IMG/VR virus record: IMGVR_UViG_3300011113_000747
Span: 32,001-96,000 of that record
Reading direction: 5' to 3' (one strand)
Source of the DNA: a virus
DNA length: 64,000 bases
Positions 25,022 to 33,994 of the stretch are shown here, piece after piece; position 1 is the first letter of the stretch; every line of letters begins with the position of its first letter. The position numbers and the translations under genes were made by a program. The notes beneath the pieces are model-generated. The model saw nothing but the letters and a program-made list of their open reading frames with translations, searched no databases and was not told the DNA's origin.

Positions 25022-26071
25022 GTGAAGTTAAAACAAAAACTAAACTTAAAACATATGACAGAAACGTTAGAACAACTCAAAGAAACAGTCAAAAGCCATA
25101 CCATTGTGCCTTTTAGCGCACGTAATATTGCTTGCGAAAAAAATACACTCATTATCAATGACCGATATGTTGTTGATCAACCAAAGAAAGTTCTCGAGAC
25201 TCTAGGTATTCGAGATAATCTCATCAAGGAAATTTTTGATAAACCTGATGTTAATTGGGGCGCCATTCGTGATGCTCTTAATACTATCGATGATAAAAAG
25301 TCTTTTGGTGGTATTGTGGATAAAAACAACCGCATGCTTAATCTCACTAAGGCTGTAAAAGAAGAAACTCAGCTTGACTTTGATAAGCGTCTTGATGAGC
25401 TTTTTAATGCTATTGATGGTAGCCAAAGTAATGAACTTCAGAGTGCAATTTGGAGTCCAAGTGATTGTGCAGTTCATGTCAATTCTATTAATCGCTCAAG
25501 TGATATTGATTGCGGTGCTGGTGATATTTGGAAGTTTGGTACAACTACTATCATTGGAGACGCTATGCAACAGTTCAAGAATTATTTTCTTCGTCTAGTC
25601 TGCACAAACGGTATGACCACACGAGATAACATTGCATATCGAGCTGCTACAGCTTCTGTTAATATTGCTAAGCAGTTTGTGAAGTTTGCTAGCGATGGTG
25701 CTTTTGCAAATCAAATTACCCCTCGTGTTAATCGTCTTCGCAACAATCGAGCTTCTCTTTATGAGCTTACCTCTGTTGCTGATTGTCTTAACGCAGAACA
25801 GCGTGATACGTTTATGCCTGAATATGGCTATACCGTTGAACACTTTAAGAACGCTGGTCACCCAGTCGACGGCTTCTCAGCAGCTCGTAAGAAATTTGTT
25901 TATACAAATGAAAATCTTTATGATGTCTTTAATGTTGCAACCAATCTCGCAACACATCAGCGCGATGTGATCGGTGATGCTGCAGCAATGAGGCTCAATA
26001 AGGTTGCTGGTGAAATCTTCTCAAAAGGTCCGAATCTTGATATTCAGATTTTAGATCTTTGGAAGAACTAA
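25022..26071 (+). CDS. DUF932-like protein
   Basis: YFLRLVCTNGM motif; 349 aa. Confidence 0.55.
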   Translation: MKLKQKLNLKHMTETLEQLKETVKSHTIVPFSARNIACEKNTLIINDRYVVDQPKKVLETLGIRDNLIKEIFDKPDVNWGAIRDALNTIDDKKSFGGIVDKNNRMLNLTKAVKEETQLDFDKRLDELFNAIDGSQSNELQSAIWSPSDCAVHVNSINRSSDIDCGAGDIWKFGTTTIIGDAMQQFKNYFLRLVCTNGMTTRDNIAYRAATASVNIAKQFVKFASDGAFANQITPRVNRLRNNRASLYELTSVADCLNAEQRDTFMPEYGYTVEHFKNAGHPVDGFSAARKKFVYTNENLYDVFNVATNLATHQRDVIGDAAAMRLNKVAGEIFSKGPNLDIQILDLWKN

Positions 26072-26078
26072 AAACTTC

Positions 26079-26123
26079 GGTGGGTAACTAGTACATAAAA
26101 AATATTAGTTACCCACCAAAAAA
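26079..26123 (+). terminator. Inverted repeat / probable terminator
   Basis: GGTGGGTAACTA...TAGTTACCCACC 12-bp stem after the stop codon. Confidence 0.6.
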
Positions 26124-26138
26124 TAGTAGATTTATAAA

Positions 26139-26154
26139 GGAAAGTAGCTAAAAT
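26139..26154 (+). promoter_or_regulatory. GGAAA-N5-TAAAAT promoter
   Basis: TAGATT-16 nt-TAAAAT with GGAAA; precedes the 350-nt structured region. Confidence 0.55.
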
Positions 26155-26160
26155 AAATAC

Positions 26161-26510
26161 ATAAGAGCGACAAAAAGCTCGATGATCTTTGATAAATTCC
26201 GTGGTGGCAGAACAATGGGTCGCCAGCCCATAATGCACTAAGCAACGTCTGAAAAGACGCCAGGTAGGTTGAAAAAGTTATGCCGGATAAAGCTGAAATA
26301 ACCAAGATTGGTCAAATCTTGAGTGACGTAAGAAGACAACAAATCGTTATTATACGACTGATGGCTGTATTGTCTTGGAGGTAACCATTCCTCTCTATCA
26401 TTAACAATGAGAGTAATTAACTCATTGGATAGTGGCTGAATAATCCGACATAATGGAGACTTGTGAGTAGTCAGGAATCTCACCCACACTAATTTCTCTC
26501 GCAAGAGAAT
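26161..26510 (+). ncRNA. Candidate large structured ncRNA or structured leader
   Basis: Many short hairpins (GAGC/GCTC, ATGGG/CCCAT, CGTC/GACG, CAAGATT/AATCTTG, TCGT/ACGA, TCATT/AATGA, TTCTC-TCGCAA-GAGAA); no credible + strand ORF. Confidence 0.55.
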
Positions 26511-26531
26511 AGAAAGGAAACACACATACAC

Positions 26532-26747
26532 ATGAATAAAAACGCATATGAAATCAGGCTAGATGTTCTTGGTATGGCTCATGGTACTATCATGAATCAA
26601 TACCACGAAAAGATTGGTCAGCTTCGCGATAATGCAAATCGTACAAATCATCAGTTTGATGTTGAGCTTATTGATAAGCTTATGCCGAAAACGGCAGACA
26701 TCATTGCTTATGCAAACGAATTGTATTCCTTCGTAGAAGGCAAATAG
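26532..26747 (+). CDS. Conserved phage hypothetical protein
   Basis: NAYEIRLDVL.MA motif; AAAGGA SD upstream. Confidence 0.7.
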   Translation: MNKNAYEIRLDVLGMAHGTIMNQYHEKIGQLRDNANRTNHQFDVELIDKLMPKTADIIAYANELYSFVEGK

Positions 26748-26797
26748 AGTCAAAGTGGTGCTGGATAACCACATTAAACACCAGTAAATATATACAT

Positions 26798-26893
26798 GCT
26801 CCAGTAGCTCAATTGGTAGAGCGGAAGGCTTATACCCTTCGTATGCACCAGATTAGTGCGCGGTTGTCGGTTCGAGCCCGGCCTGGAGTACCA
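26798..26893 (+). tRNA. tRNA-Ile(TAT) with long variable arm
   Basis: GCTCCAG/CTGGAGT; GAAGG-CTTATAC-CCTTC; GCAC-CAGATTA-GTGC variable arm. Confidence 0.85.
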
Positions 26894-26899
26894 ATTTTC

Positions 26900-27343
26900 G
26901 GGGGCGTTCTGGTTTCGACTCAATTGGTTGAATCAAGTTCGCATGCAGAGGTAGACTAGCTGGCCTCTATAAAAGCAAGTCAAAAAACATAAACGCAGAA
27001 GACACTGAAGTCGATGCCCTCTTAGCACAAGCTGAGTACATCTTCAACAACGCTGACGAATTCGTCACCGCTGATGTTGAAGAAGCTCTCTTTGCCTAAG
27101 CAAAAACAGAAATGGATCCTATTAAAATTTCTGAGGTAACCAATAGGTTGAGCTGAACAATGTATGCTCTTAAATCAAACATTGGGGTGACCTCGGACTC
27201 TTCACCGAAGTAGGTAGGCTCTAAAACTTAGGTTGATACGCCATGCAAACCTGTTGCCAATGAAATTGCAAATGTATCTAAGCATGTAGACAACTTAGCT
27301 GATACTATTGAACACAGGGGTTCGACTCCCCTCGCCTCCACCA
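26900..27343 (+). ncRNA. ssrA: tmRNA
   Basis: GGGGGCG...GGTTTCGAC 5' end; GGGGTTCGACTCCCC-TCGCCTCCACCA 3' end with G3:U; tag frame 26995-27099 after ATAAAC. Confidence 0.95.
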
Positions 27344-27362
27344 TTTTAGAATAAATAAAGAC

Positions 27363-27884
27363 ATGTACCAGCTGTTTTTAGACGATGAACGTATGCCAGA
27401 AGATGTATTTTGGATTAACATTCCAAAAGGAGATTACGTTATCGTGCGTACTGCAGAACAATTTAAGCAGTATATTCAAGAACATGGATTACCTTCACAT
27501 GTTTCATTTGATCATGACTTAGGGGATGATCCTAATGGTTATGACTGCGCAAAGTGGTTAGTAAACTATTGCATTGAAACAGATCAAAAGTTTCCATCAT
27601 ATACAGTACACTCTCAAAACCCAATCGGTAAAGATAACATCATTGGATATATTGATAATTACAAACGAGTGTATGGTGAAAGTGCAAAGCTAACATTCGA
27701 GCAATACTTTTATATCACTGAAAAGAAAAAGAGTATTCATGACCCTGTAAGACCAGGTATACTCAAGAGACAAACAAAGGGTAAGATGACTTGCTCGAAA
27801 GCGAGAGCGTTAAAGTCTAAGCAGAAGAACAAAGGTAATAATACAGCTAAAGCTGCTCAACGCTACCTAAACTATCATTGTTAA
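27363..27884 (+). CDS. Cyclic-phosphate-processing receiver-domain protein with a basic C-terminal extension
   Basis: LFLDDER, SFDHDLG, GYDCAKWL, VHSQNPIG. Confidence 0.7.
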   Translation: MYQLFLDDERMPEDVFWINIPKGDYVIVRTAEQFKQYIQEHGLPSHVSFDHDLGDDPNGYDCAKWLVNYCIETDQKFPSYTVHSQNPIGKDNIIGYIDNYKRVYGESAKLTFEQYFYITEKKKSIHDPVRPGILKRQTKGKMTCSKARALKSKQKNKGNNTAKAAQRYLNYHC

Positions 27885-28357
27885 TAGTTAACTTCGATAT
27901 TATCATCGAATATATTCTTTGCTCCTACATCGATTAGAGCATCAAGCTCATTCATAATAAAGTCTTTACCGATGAGTACTGGGTATTCATTATTACCTCT
28001 ATTACCAATAGAGAATTTAACATTATCAAATTCTTTATCTCCTATTTTGATATTGAATTCAACTACTGGTCTATCTTCAAAATTGCCAGCACCCACGTTA
28101 ATCTTAATATGATTCACGACAGGTTTAGTGAGGGTTCTACCATTAACGGTATTGAATGTTACTTGATCATCTTTAACCGATACACCTTCACCATGTAATA
28201 CATTGTAAGCACCATTACCGCTATCAACCTTAGCTTGAACTTCACCAATATCATTGATATAGATGGTTTCAATTAAACCAATTACTGTCTTTTCTTGGAA
28301 ATATTGTTTGAATTTAATCATATTATTCGCAACCACATCCTTTATCTTGATGTTCAT
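27881..28357 (-). CDS. Retropepsin-like / RimK-associated protease family protein
   Basis: AKVDSGN, RPVV, LIGKDF. Confidence 0.7.
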   Translation of the reverse strand: MNIKIKDVVANNMIKFKQYFQEKTVIGLIETIYINDIGEVQAKVDSGNGAYNVLHGEGVSVKDDQVTFNTVNGRTLTKPVVNHIKINVGAGNFEDRPVVEFNIKIGDKEFDNVKFSIGNRGNNEYPVLIGKDFIMNELDALIDVGAKNIFDDNIEVNY

Positions 28358-28661
28358 ATTCGAGCCAGTGATAAACTGAAGATATATAGTCAGATGCTTT
28401 GGTAATTTTAGCAGCTACCCAACCTTCAAGACCATCAACTTGATCAACCATTTCATAGAGCTTTTGAGAATATTCTGCAAGCTTTCTAAGATCAGCTTTA
28501 GCCATATGGATTTCACTTGGATCACTTTCATCTACGTTGTGACCTTCTGCATCACTAGCCATACCTGGTTGGTGGGTTTCTGGTGAGAGATCAGCTGCTC
28601 TTGCTATAAAAATAGCGTTTTCATATAAAGCTGCAATAGAAAGTTTGTCCTTTTTATCCAT
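28323..28661 (-). CDS. Conserved phage hypothetical protein
   Basis: MAKADL...LEGWVAAKITKASDYISSV; TAAATA at 28667-72. Confidence 0.65.
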   Translation of the reverse strand: MDKKDKLSIAALYENAIFIARAADLSPETHQPGMASDAEGHNVDESDPSEIHMAKADLRKLAEYSQKLYEMVDQVDGLEGWVAAKITKASDYISSVYHWLEYEHQDKGCGCE

Positions 28662-28665
28662 ATAG

Positions 28666-29268
28666 TTATTTAATACGTTCCCTTATTGCATTATACGTTT
28701 TATTTACCAAAATACTTGGTATCATACGAGACATACCTTGTTTGAAAAGATCTATATCATTATCGAGAGCAGCTTTTCTGAGTTTTGAGGCACTCATACC
28801 TTCAACGCCTTCTGAATCTGGATCTCTTTCACCTGCTGATTCAAACTTATAGTCTGCAAATTGAAAAGGGATATTACCCTTTGAATCTGGTTTACCATTA
28901 TATCTCTCAATCAATCCTTCAAATTCAGGAATTCGATCACTACCTGCAATATGAATTATATTTGCATATCCTTTCTCTTGTAAATCTTTTAAAACTGAAA
29001 TTAAATTAGCACCGGATTCCAAAATTTGAATATTTGGTGGTGTCATATACTTCAAAATTTCTTCCTTTTCTTTAAAAGATAGCGGATCCTTTTTATTATT
29101 TTGTGTATGTGAAGGTACGAGAAACCCATTACCATTTACTCTTTTAGTAACTTCAGCTAGTTTATTAATAAGCTTCTCATGACCAACAGTAGGTGGGTTA
29201 TATCTACCGTATGCAATAACTGCAGTTTTACCTTGTTGTTCTAATATAAATTGTTTAAATGATTTCAT
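28666..29268 (-). CDS. HIGH-motif nucleotidyltransferase (cytidylyltransferase-like)
   Basis: YGRYNPPTVGHEKL, AGSDR, SAGERDPD, MSASKLR. Confidence 0.85.
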   Translation of the reverse strand: MKSFKQFILEQQGKTAVIAYGRYNPPTVGHEKLINKLAEVTKRVNGNGFLVPSHTQNNKKDPLSFKEKEEILKYMTPPNIQILESGANLISVLKDLQEKGYANIIHIAGSDRIPEFEGLIERYNGKPDSKGNIPFQFADYKFESAGERDPDSEGVEGMSASKLRKAALDNDIDLFKQGMSRMIPSILVNKTYNAIRERIK

Positions 29269-30536
29269 TTTGTTTGTACACCTCCTGGTTTACCTGTTTG
29301 AAAATTAGCAGCTGAAAATTCTTTTCTATCTACAAACTTAGTAATTTCAGGACCACCTTGTGTACGTGATACAGCATAACCTTCTGGTGGTGTGGTTTTC
29401 CAATTACCACCACCTTGATCCATATATGTACCAAGATAAGAATTTTTAGTCATTTCGTTGAAGATTTTAACGAGATTATTCTTTAAAGTTGCAACTATTT
29501 TTGTAATATCAAAAACTGCTTTGATAGATTTTTTAGCTCCTTTAAGTTCCTTCACCGCAGCTTCAAGCTGAGCTTTCTTTTTCATCTTACCAGACTCACT
29601 TTTAAGAGCATTCAATTCTTTCTGAAATCTACCAGCAATATATTCAATAAACTGCTGAGTTGAAATGGAGGTGTTGTCTAAAAACTTACCACCTCTAATC
29701 TCAGAATTAATATATGTTTTCATTTCCATAGCATATTTTTGTATCATGGAAAAATCGATTGTTTTAAGTAATGCACTAACTTGAGCTTTTTTCTTATCTA
29801 CATCCTTTAAAAGCATATTGAGAATACGCTTATTTGGGTTAGCTTGCTTGTCGATAAGAACGTTAAATACAAATACATCTTTTGAACGTGCAAATTCAGT
29901 TGGTGATGTTGTATATTTTTTAACTCTAAGAATACCACCAACTACTTCATACTCGATATGAATAGCAACACCTATCTGTGAATTTTGAATTTCTCTACCA
30001 AAAGGACTTTCTGGTGATACAGCATATTTAATGGTATTAGGTTTAAAAGAAATAAATGTATTAGTGTTACGAATACCATCTATTGTATTTGGTGTTTCTG
30101 TTTGTTTAATTTGATTATCAAACATATAATCCATTTGATAAATACCCTTCAAATTTAATGATGGTATATATTGAAGAGCTAACTTAAGCTTTTCAGCTAA
30201 ACCAGGACTGTTAGAGTGGTTTGCATCAATGTCATCTTCTGTATAATTTATCTTTGGATTTTTTGCAAATGCTGATTTACTTGCAACGAAGAACTTACCC
30301 TGAGGGTCTTTACCTGCAACAATAGCAGGTGAGCCATCAAACTTTGTAGAGATCTGATAGTCAGTTTCACTTACAAAGTATTCAATAGCCTTATCGATAT
30401 ACTCCAAAGCCTCGATCACACCATCACGACCTTTATTGATAATATTTTCTTCTAAATGGTCAATATGCTTGACAGCTCCTTCAACTTCATCGAAGAACTC
30501 TAGAAATATTTTATTGTATTGTTTAAATGTTATCAT
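29265..30536 (-). CDS. DUF6267-like protein with ATP-dependent ligase motifs
   Basis: HIDHLEE, TKFDGSPA (KxDG), IYQMDYMF, PEGYAV, KFVDR. Confidence 0.65.
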   Translation of the reverse strand: MITFKQYNKIFLEFFDEVEGAVKHIDHLEENIINKGRDGVIEALEYIDKAIEYFVSETDYQISTKFDGSPAIVAGKDPQGKFFVASKSAFAKNPKINYTEDDIDANHSNSPGLAEKLKLALQYIPSLNLKGIYQMDYMFDNQIKQTETPNTIDGIRNTNTFISFKPNTIKYAVSPESPFGREIQNSQIGVAIHIEYEVVGGILRVKKYTTSPTEFARSKDVFVFNVLIDKQANPNKRILNMLLKDVDKKKAQVSALLKTIDFSMIQKYAMEMKTYINSEIRGGKFLDNTSISTQQFIEYIAGRFQKELNALKSESGKMKKKAQLEAAVKELKGAKKSIKAVFDITKIVATLKNNLVKIFNEMTKNSYLGTYMDQGGGNWKTTPPEGYAVSRTQGGPEITKFVDRKEFSAANFQTGKPGGVQTK

Positions 30537-30540
30537 TTTT

Positions 30541-31977
30541 TTATTGATTGAGAGTTATACCAACACTCGTTCTTGTTGGATCAATTGACATATTAATAAT
30601 AAAGCCAGTGCTAAACATTTCGAAAAATCTAGGAATTTCACTATTTAAATTACCTTCACCTGTAAATACAACTGGGTAAAACTTTTTAGTTTCATCATTC
30701 GTGAATACAATACCATTGAACAATTTATCATTATGGTAACACGCTAAATGAATAGCAGCAATCAAAGGTCTTAACTTTGTGGAAACTGGATCTAAAAATT
30801 CCTGATAATTATCAGGTGTTACAACATTTTTAATACCCACTGTTAAATCATCAATATTAGCGCCTTTATAATTTCTTGTATTAACAAAACCATTAATAAT
30901 ATCATCATAAGATAGATTATTATCTTTCATAAAGAATGTAGCTATACTAGTAGAAAACGACATGTTTTTTCCTTTAATTTTAGAAACTTTATTATAGCTC
31001 GTCTCAATAGTTTTTATTACACTTTGTTTAACTTTTTGATCTCTAGCAGGGTTAGGATCAAAAACAACAGAACTAATCACATTTTTTATTTCTTCTATAT
31101 TATCAGTATCTTTAATTGATTTTGAAATTTTTGCTCCATGCGCAGCCCATCTAAGCTTACCAATAACGTTGCTGACAGAATTTATTACTTTCTGTTTAAC
31201 CGCTTGAAGACTTTTAAGACCTAAATCCGCAGAATTATTACTTAAAATTTCTTCTAATTTTTTAGGAGTTTGTAAAGTATAACCATCACCACCTAACCTA
31301 GCACCTGTACCTTTAACTTCATATTCACCAAACCCTGGAAAATCTAAATCACCCACGTCGCCTTTTTTGGCATCGGAAATTAACGTACTAATTAATTCAC
31401 CTTTACCCACACTGACTGTATTTACAAGAAACTTAACATTATAAAGTCTTTCGAATGCATCTTTTGCATCCTCAGGCATTTCAAATAAATCTATAAACTC
31501 ACTAGGTAATGTATTATACCAACTTTTAACACCTTTTGATAATAACATATTTCGAAATGGTGTATTAGGTGAACCTTGTAGTTTAGTAAATTTGGAAATA
31601 GTTTCGTTGTTTATTTTTAAATCATAGGACTTTAAAATATACATTACAGGGTTTAATACATCTGTAGTATAAGCAGAATTACCTTCATACCACCCTTTAG
31701 TCTGTAAAATATTATCAATAATTGTTTCGAAAGACCCACCACCAGCACCTTCAAATTTTTTATTTGTATTAATTTCTCTCTTTACCTTTTTAACAAAGTC
31801 ATCTGTAACAGGTTCGTTAATGATGGTCTCACCATTTTTTAAAACTGTAAGTTGAGCATCTTCTCTTATAACCTTGTAGATATCTTGCAAAGTTTTTGTC
31901 TGTTTGTGTTTTTTTCTATTACAAACCTGTTCATATAGTTTTGTTAAATTATAGTCCATATGTATTATTAATTGCAA
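30541..31977 (-). CDS. Hypothetical protein with a PD-(D/E)xK-like motif
   Basis: VGKGEL...GDL...EYEVKG; probable start at 31959. Confidence 0.5.
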   Translation of the reverse strand: MQLIIHMDYNLTKLYEQVCNRKKHKQTKTLQDIYKVIREDAQLTVLKNGETIINEPVTDDFVKKVKREINTNKKFEGAGGGSFETIIDNILQTKGWYEGNSAYTTDVLNPVMYILKSYDLKINNETISKFTKLQGSPNTPFRNMLLSKGVKSWYNTLPSEFIDLFEMPEDAKDAFERLYNVKFLVNTVSVGKGELISTLISDAKKGDVGDLDFPGFGEYEVKGTGARLGGDGYTLQTPKKLEEILSNNSADLGLKSLQAVKQKVINSVSNVIGKLRWAAHGAKISKSIKDTDNIEEIKNVISSVVFDPNPARDQKVKQSVIKTIETSYNKVSKIKGKNMSFSTSIATFFMKDNNLSYDDIINGFVNTRNYKGANIDDLTVGIKNVVTPDNYQEFLDPVSTKLRPLIAAIHLACYHNDKLFNGIVFTNDETKKFYPVVFTGEGNLNSEIPRFFEMFSTGFIINMSIDPTRTSVGITLNQ

Positions 31978-32364
31978 TTATAGTCCATACTTATTATCGA
32001 TTTCTGCAGTTTCGTAATCAGATTTATTCGAAACGAACATAGACTCAAATTTTTTGAGCATATCTCTTGCATTACTTGCATCTATTGAATCTACATCAAA
32101 GTTAGCAATCATTGATCTAGTTGACTCATCAGGTTCAGATGTAACTACAGTTTGTAATAATGTTACAAGCTTTTTAATCATGTTAACTTCACCTTGAGAT
32201 GTTAGTTTCAGTACTTCTTGCTGTTCTGGTGCTTGAGGTTCAGCTGCCATTGTTGGGTCATTACCTTCTGGTGATGGTGGTGATGCATCACCACCAGCTT
32301 CTGGAAATGGAGCTGCTTCTAACAATGAATATGCTTGTTCGATTAATTTGAGAGTTTTTTTCAT
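31978..32364 (-). CDS. Hypothetical acidic protein (putative internal head protein)
   Basis: Pro/Glu-rich; LLEAA in the N-terminus. Confidence 0.6.
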   Translation of the reverse strand: MKKTLKLIEQAYSLLEAAPFPEAGGDASPPSPEGNDPTMAAEPQAPEQQEVLKLTSQGEVNMIKKLVTLLQTVVTSEPDESTRSMIANFDVDSIDASNARDMLKKFESMFVSNKSDYETAEIDNKYGL

Positions 32365-32798
32365 ACTGTTTTTGTTGTTGGTGTGTTCACCTGCTTTAAT
32401 AAATTATCATACTGCTTTTTTAACTTTGCAGTAGTATTTTTATATAATTGAACTATTTGAGGTTCTAATGTTTTTCTTTCTCTTACAGCTCCTTTAGCTG
32501 CTCTCGAATTAGAATCCACAACACCTCCTAGTAAACCTGTTCTATCAGCCATATTTTGAACTGTTGTATCAACAGCTAGTCTTGATGTGTAAGGATCTTC
32601 AGCTTCTTCGTCTGGTATGTCTTCCCCAATATAAAATGTAATTGCTACCCCCTTTTCGGTTTTTTTGATATCAACTCCAGCATCTCTCAATTTTTGAATT
32701 GTTCCATCATCTAGAATATTGGATGATGAGCTACCTGGCTGATTTTCATTTATTAGATCTAAAAACTTCGACATATTGATATTTATTATTTTAACCAA
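32361..32798 (-). CDS. Hypothetical protein
   Basis: Probable start at 32774 (MSKFLDLINE). Confidence 0.6.
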   Translation of the reverse strand: MVKIININMSKFLDLINENQPGSSSSNILDDGTIQKLRDAGVDIKKTEKGVAITFYIGEDIPDEEAEDPYTSRLAVDTTVQNMADRTGLLGGVVDSNSRAAKGAVRERKTLEPQIVQLYKNTTAKLKKQYDNLLKQVNTPTTKTV

Positions 32799-33319
32799 AA
32801 TTTAACCTTTGTCTCTGTTTTATAAATATTTGATAACGATTTTAATCCATGTTTATCCAAAAATCTATAAACTTTCTCAGATTTTATCTCTTTTTTACTA
32901 ATAGATTTTTGCAACTTTTCCTGTAAAAAAGCATCGGTTTTAAGCTCTTCTGCATAAGCTTTAAATGAATATCCACCACAAACAAAGCAAATATTCATAT
33001 TGTTCTTAAGCTTTTTAATAAACTCGACAAAAAATTTCAAAAATACCTTCTTATCATTATCACCAATTAAACAACAGGATTGTAATTTAAGCTTATCTAC
33101 ATAAAAAACTTTTTTATCTAGAGTCTTTTGATCAATAAAATACGATATAATACATTCAATTATAGAGTGATAAAATATTTTTTTAACATCTTCGTTAGTT
33201 ATATCATTTACCATAGAATATGTTGTAAGAGACGACAGATATTTCTTGCAGCAGTTTTTATCTACAAACTGGAGGAAATCAATTAGCTGAATACCTCTAT
33301 GTGGTATTTTATACGTCAT
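32786..33319 (-). CDS. Hypothetical protein
   Basis: 177 aa ORF coupled to its neighbours. Confidence 0.6.
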   Translation of the reverse strand: MTYKIPHRGIQLIDFLQFVDKNCCKKYLSSLTTYSMVNDITNEDVKKIFYHSIIECIISYFIDQKTLDKKVFYVDKLKLQSCCLIGDNDKKVFLKFFVEFIKKLKNNMNICFVCGGYSFKAYAEELKTDAFLQEKLQKSISKKEIKSEKVYRFLDKHGLKSLSNIYKTETKVKFWLK

Positions 33320-33729
33320 TCTTCTATTATATGACTCTTTGGCGCTTTTCCAATACGACAGTTAATAATTCCGTTATAATAATTTTCTGACACCAAAACA
33401 TCTAACTGAAACTGTATTTTTGACTCGTAATAAGCTAACTCCCATTTACTGTTACAGAACTGTAAAATGTCAAACTTAAAATTTTCCTTGCCATATTTTT
33501 CAATATCAGCATTTAATTCATTTGATGAACCAGTATAAGTACGCCAATCCGTTTCAACCTCTTTATGTCTTTTATTTTTGCGACCCTTTAAAGGTGGCAT
33601 TTTTTTAACTGACTTCATTTGTTTTTTACCAATATACGATTTATTGTTAGCAAGATTTGTAATCTTGTAAATAAACCCATATGCTGAATCAGGTATTTCA
33701 GTTATATTCCAATGTCCAAAGTCGTTCAT
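33316..33729 (-). CDS. GIY-YIG endonuclease (Seg-like)
   Basis: YGFIYKITNL.N.KSYIGKK, YTGSS, NGIIN. Confidence 0.85.
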   Translation of the reverse strand: MNDFGHWNITEIPDSAYGFIYKITNLANNKSYIGKKQMKSVKKMPPLKGRKNKRHKEVETDWRTYTGSSNELNADIEKYGKENFKFDILQFCNSKWELAYYESKIQFQLDVLVSENYYNGIINCRIGKAPKSHIIEE

Positions 33730-33968
33730 TTTTTCTTACGCTTGCGGCGTCTTTTACTTAAGCCGCCTCTGCGCTGAACTCCACCGAGTGCTTTCGGCAT
33801 TCTAGAATCACCTGGAGCGTAGATCGAATCATTAGATGTAAACCTACCTTCATTTGGATTATAGATACCACCATCGTTATCAACAGCACCACCAAAGACA
33901 GAGTTAGCTCCCCCTGCTACATTATCTTCTTCGATAAGCTTTAAAAAAATATCCTTGAAAGTTGACAT
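33726..33968 (-). CDS. Small protein with a basic tail
   Basis: MSTFKDIFLKLIEE...RRRKRKKK; TAAATA at 33980-85. Confidence 0.65.
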   Translation of the reverse strand: MSTFKDIFLKLIEEDNVAGGANSVFGGAVDNDGGIYNPNEGRFTSNDSIYAPGDSRMPKALGGVQRRGGLSKRRRKRKKK

Positions 33969-33994
33969 CTTGGTATTATTATTTATAATTAAGA

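Noticed and set aside
26947-26981. preQ1-I riboswitch-like sequence AGAGG...CCTCTATAAAA
   Set aside because: It occupies the pseudoknot-1 position of the tmRNA, immediately before the resume codon.
33316-33729. GIY-YIG gene as an active mobile element
   Set aside because: A free-standing single nuclease domain with no flanking intron structure, common in T4-like phages.
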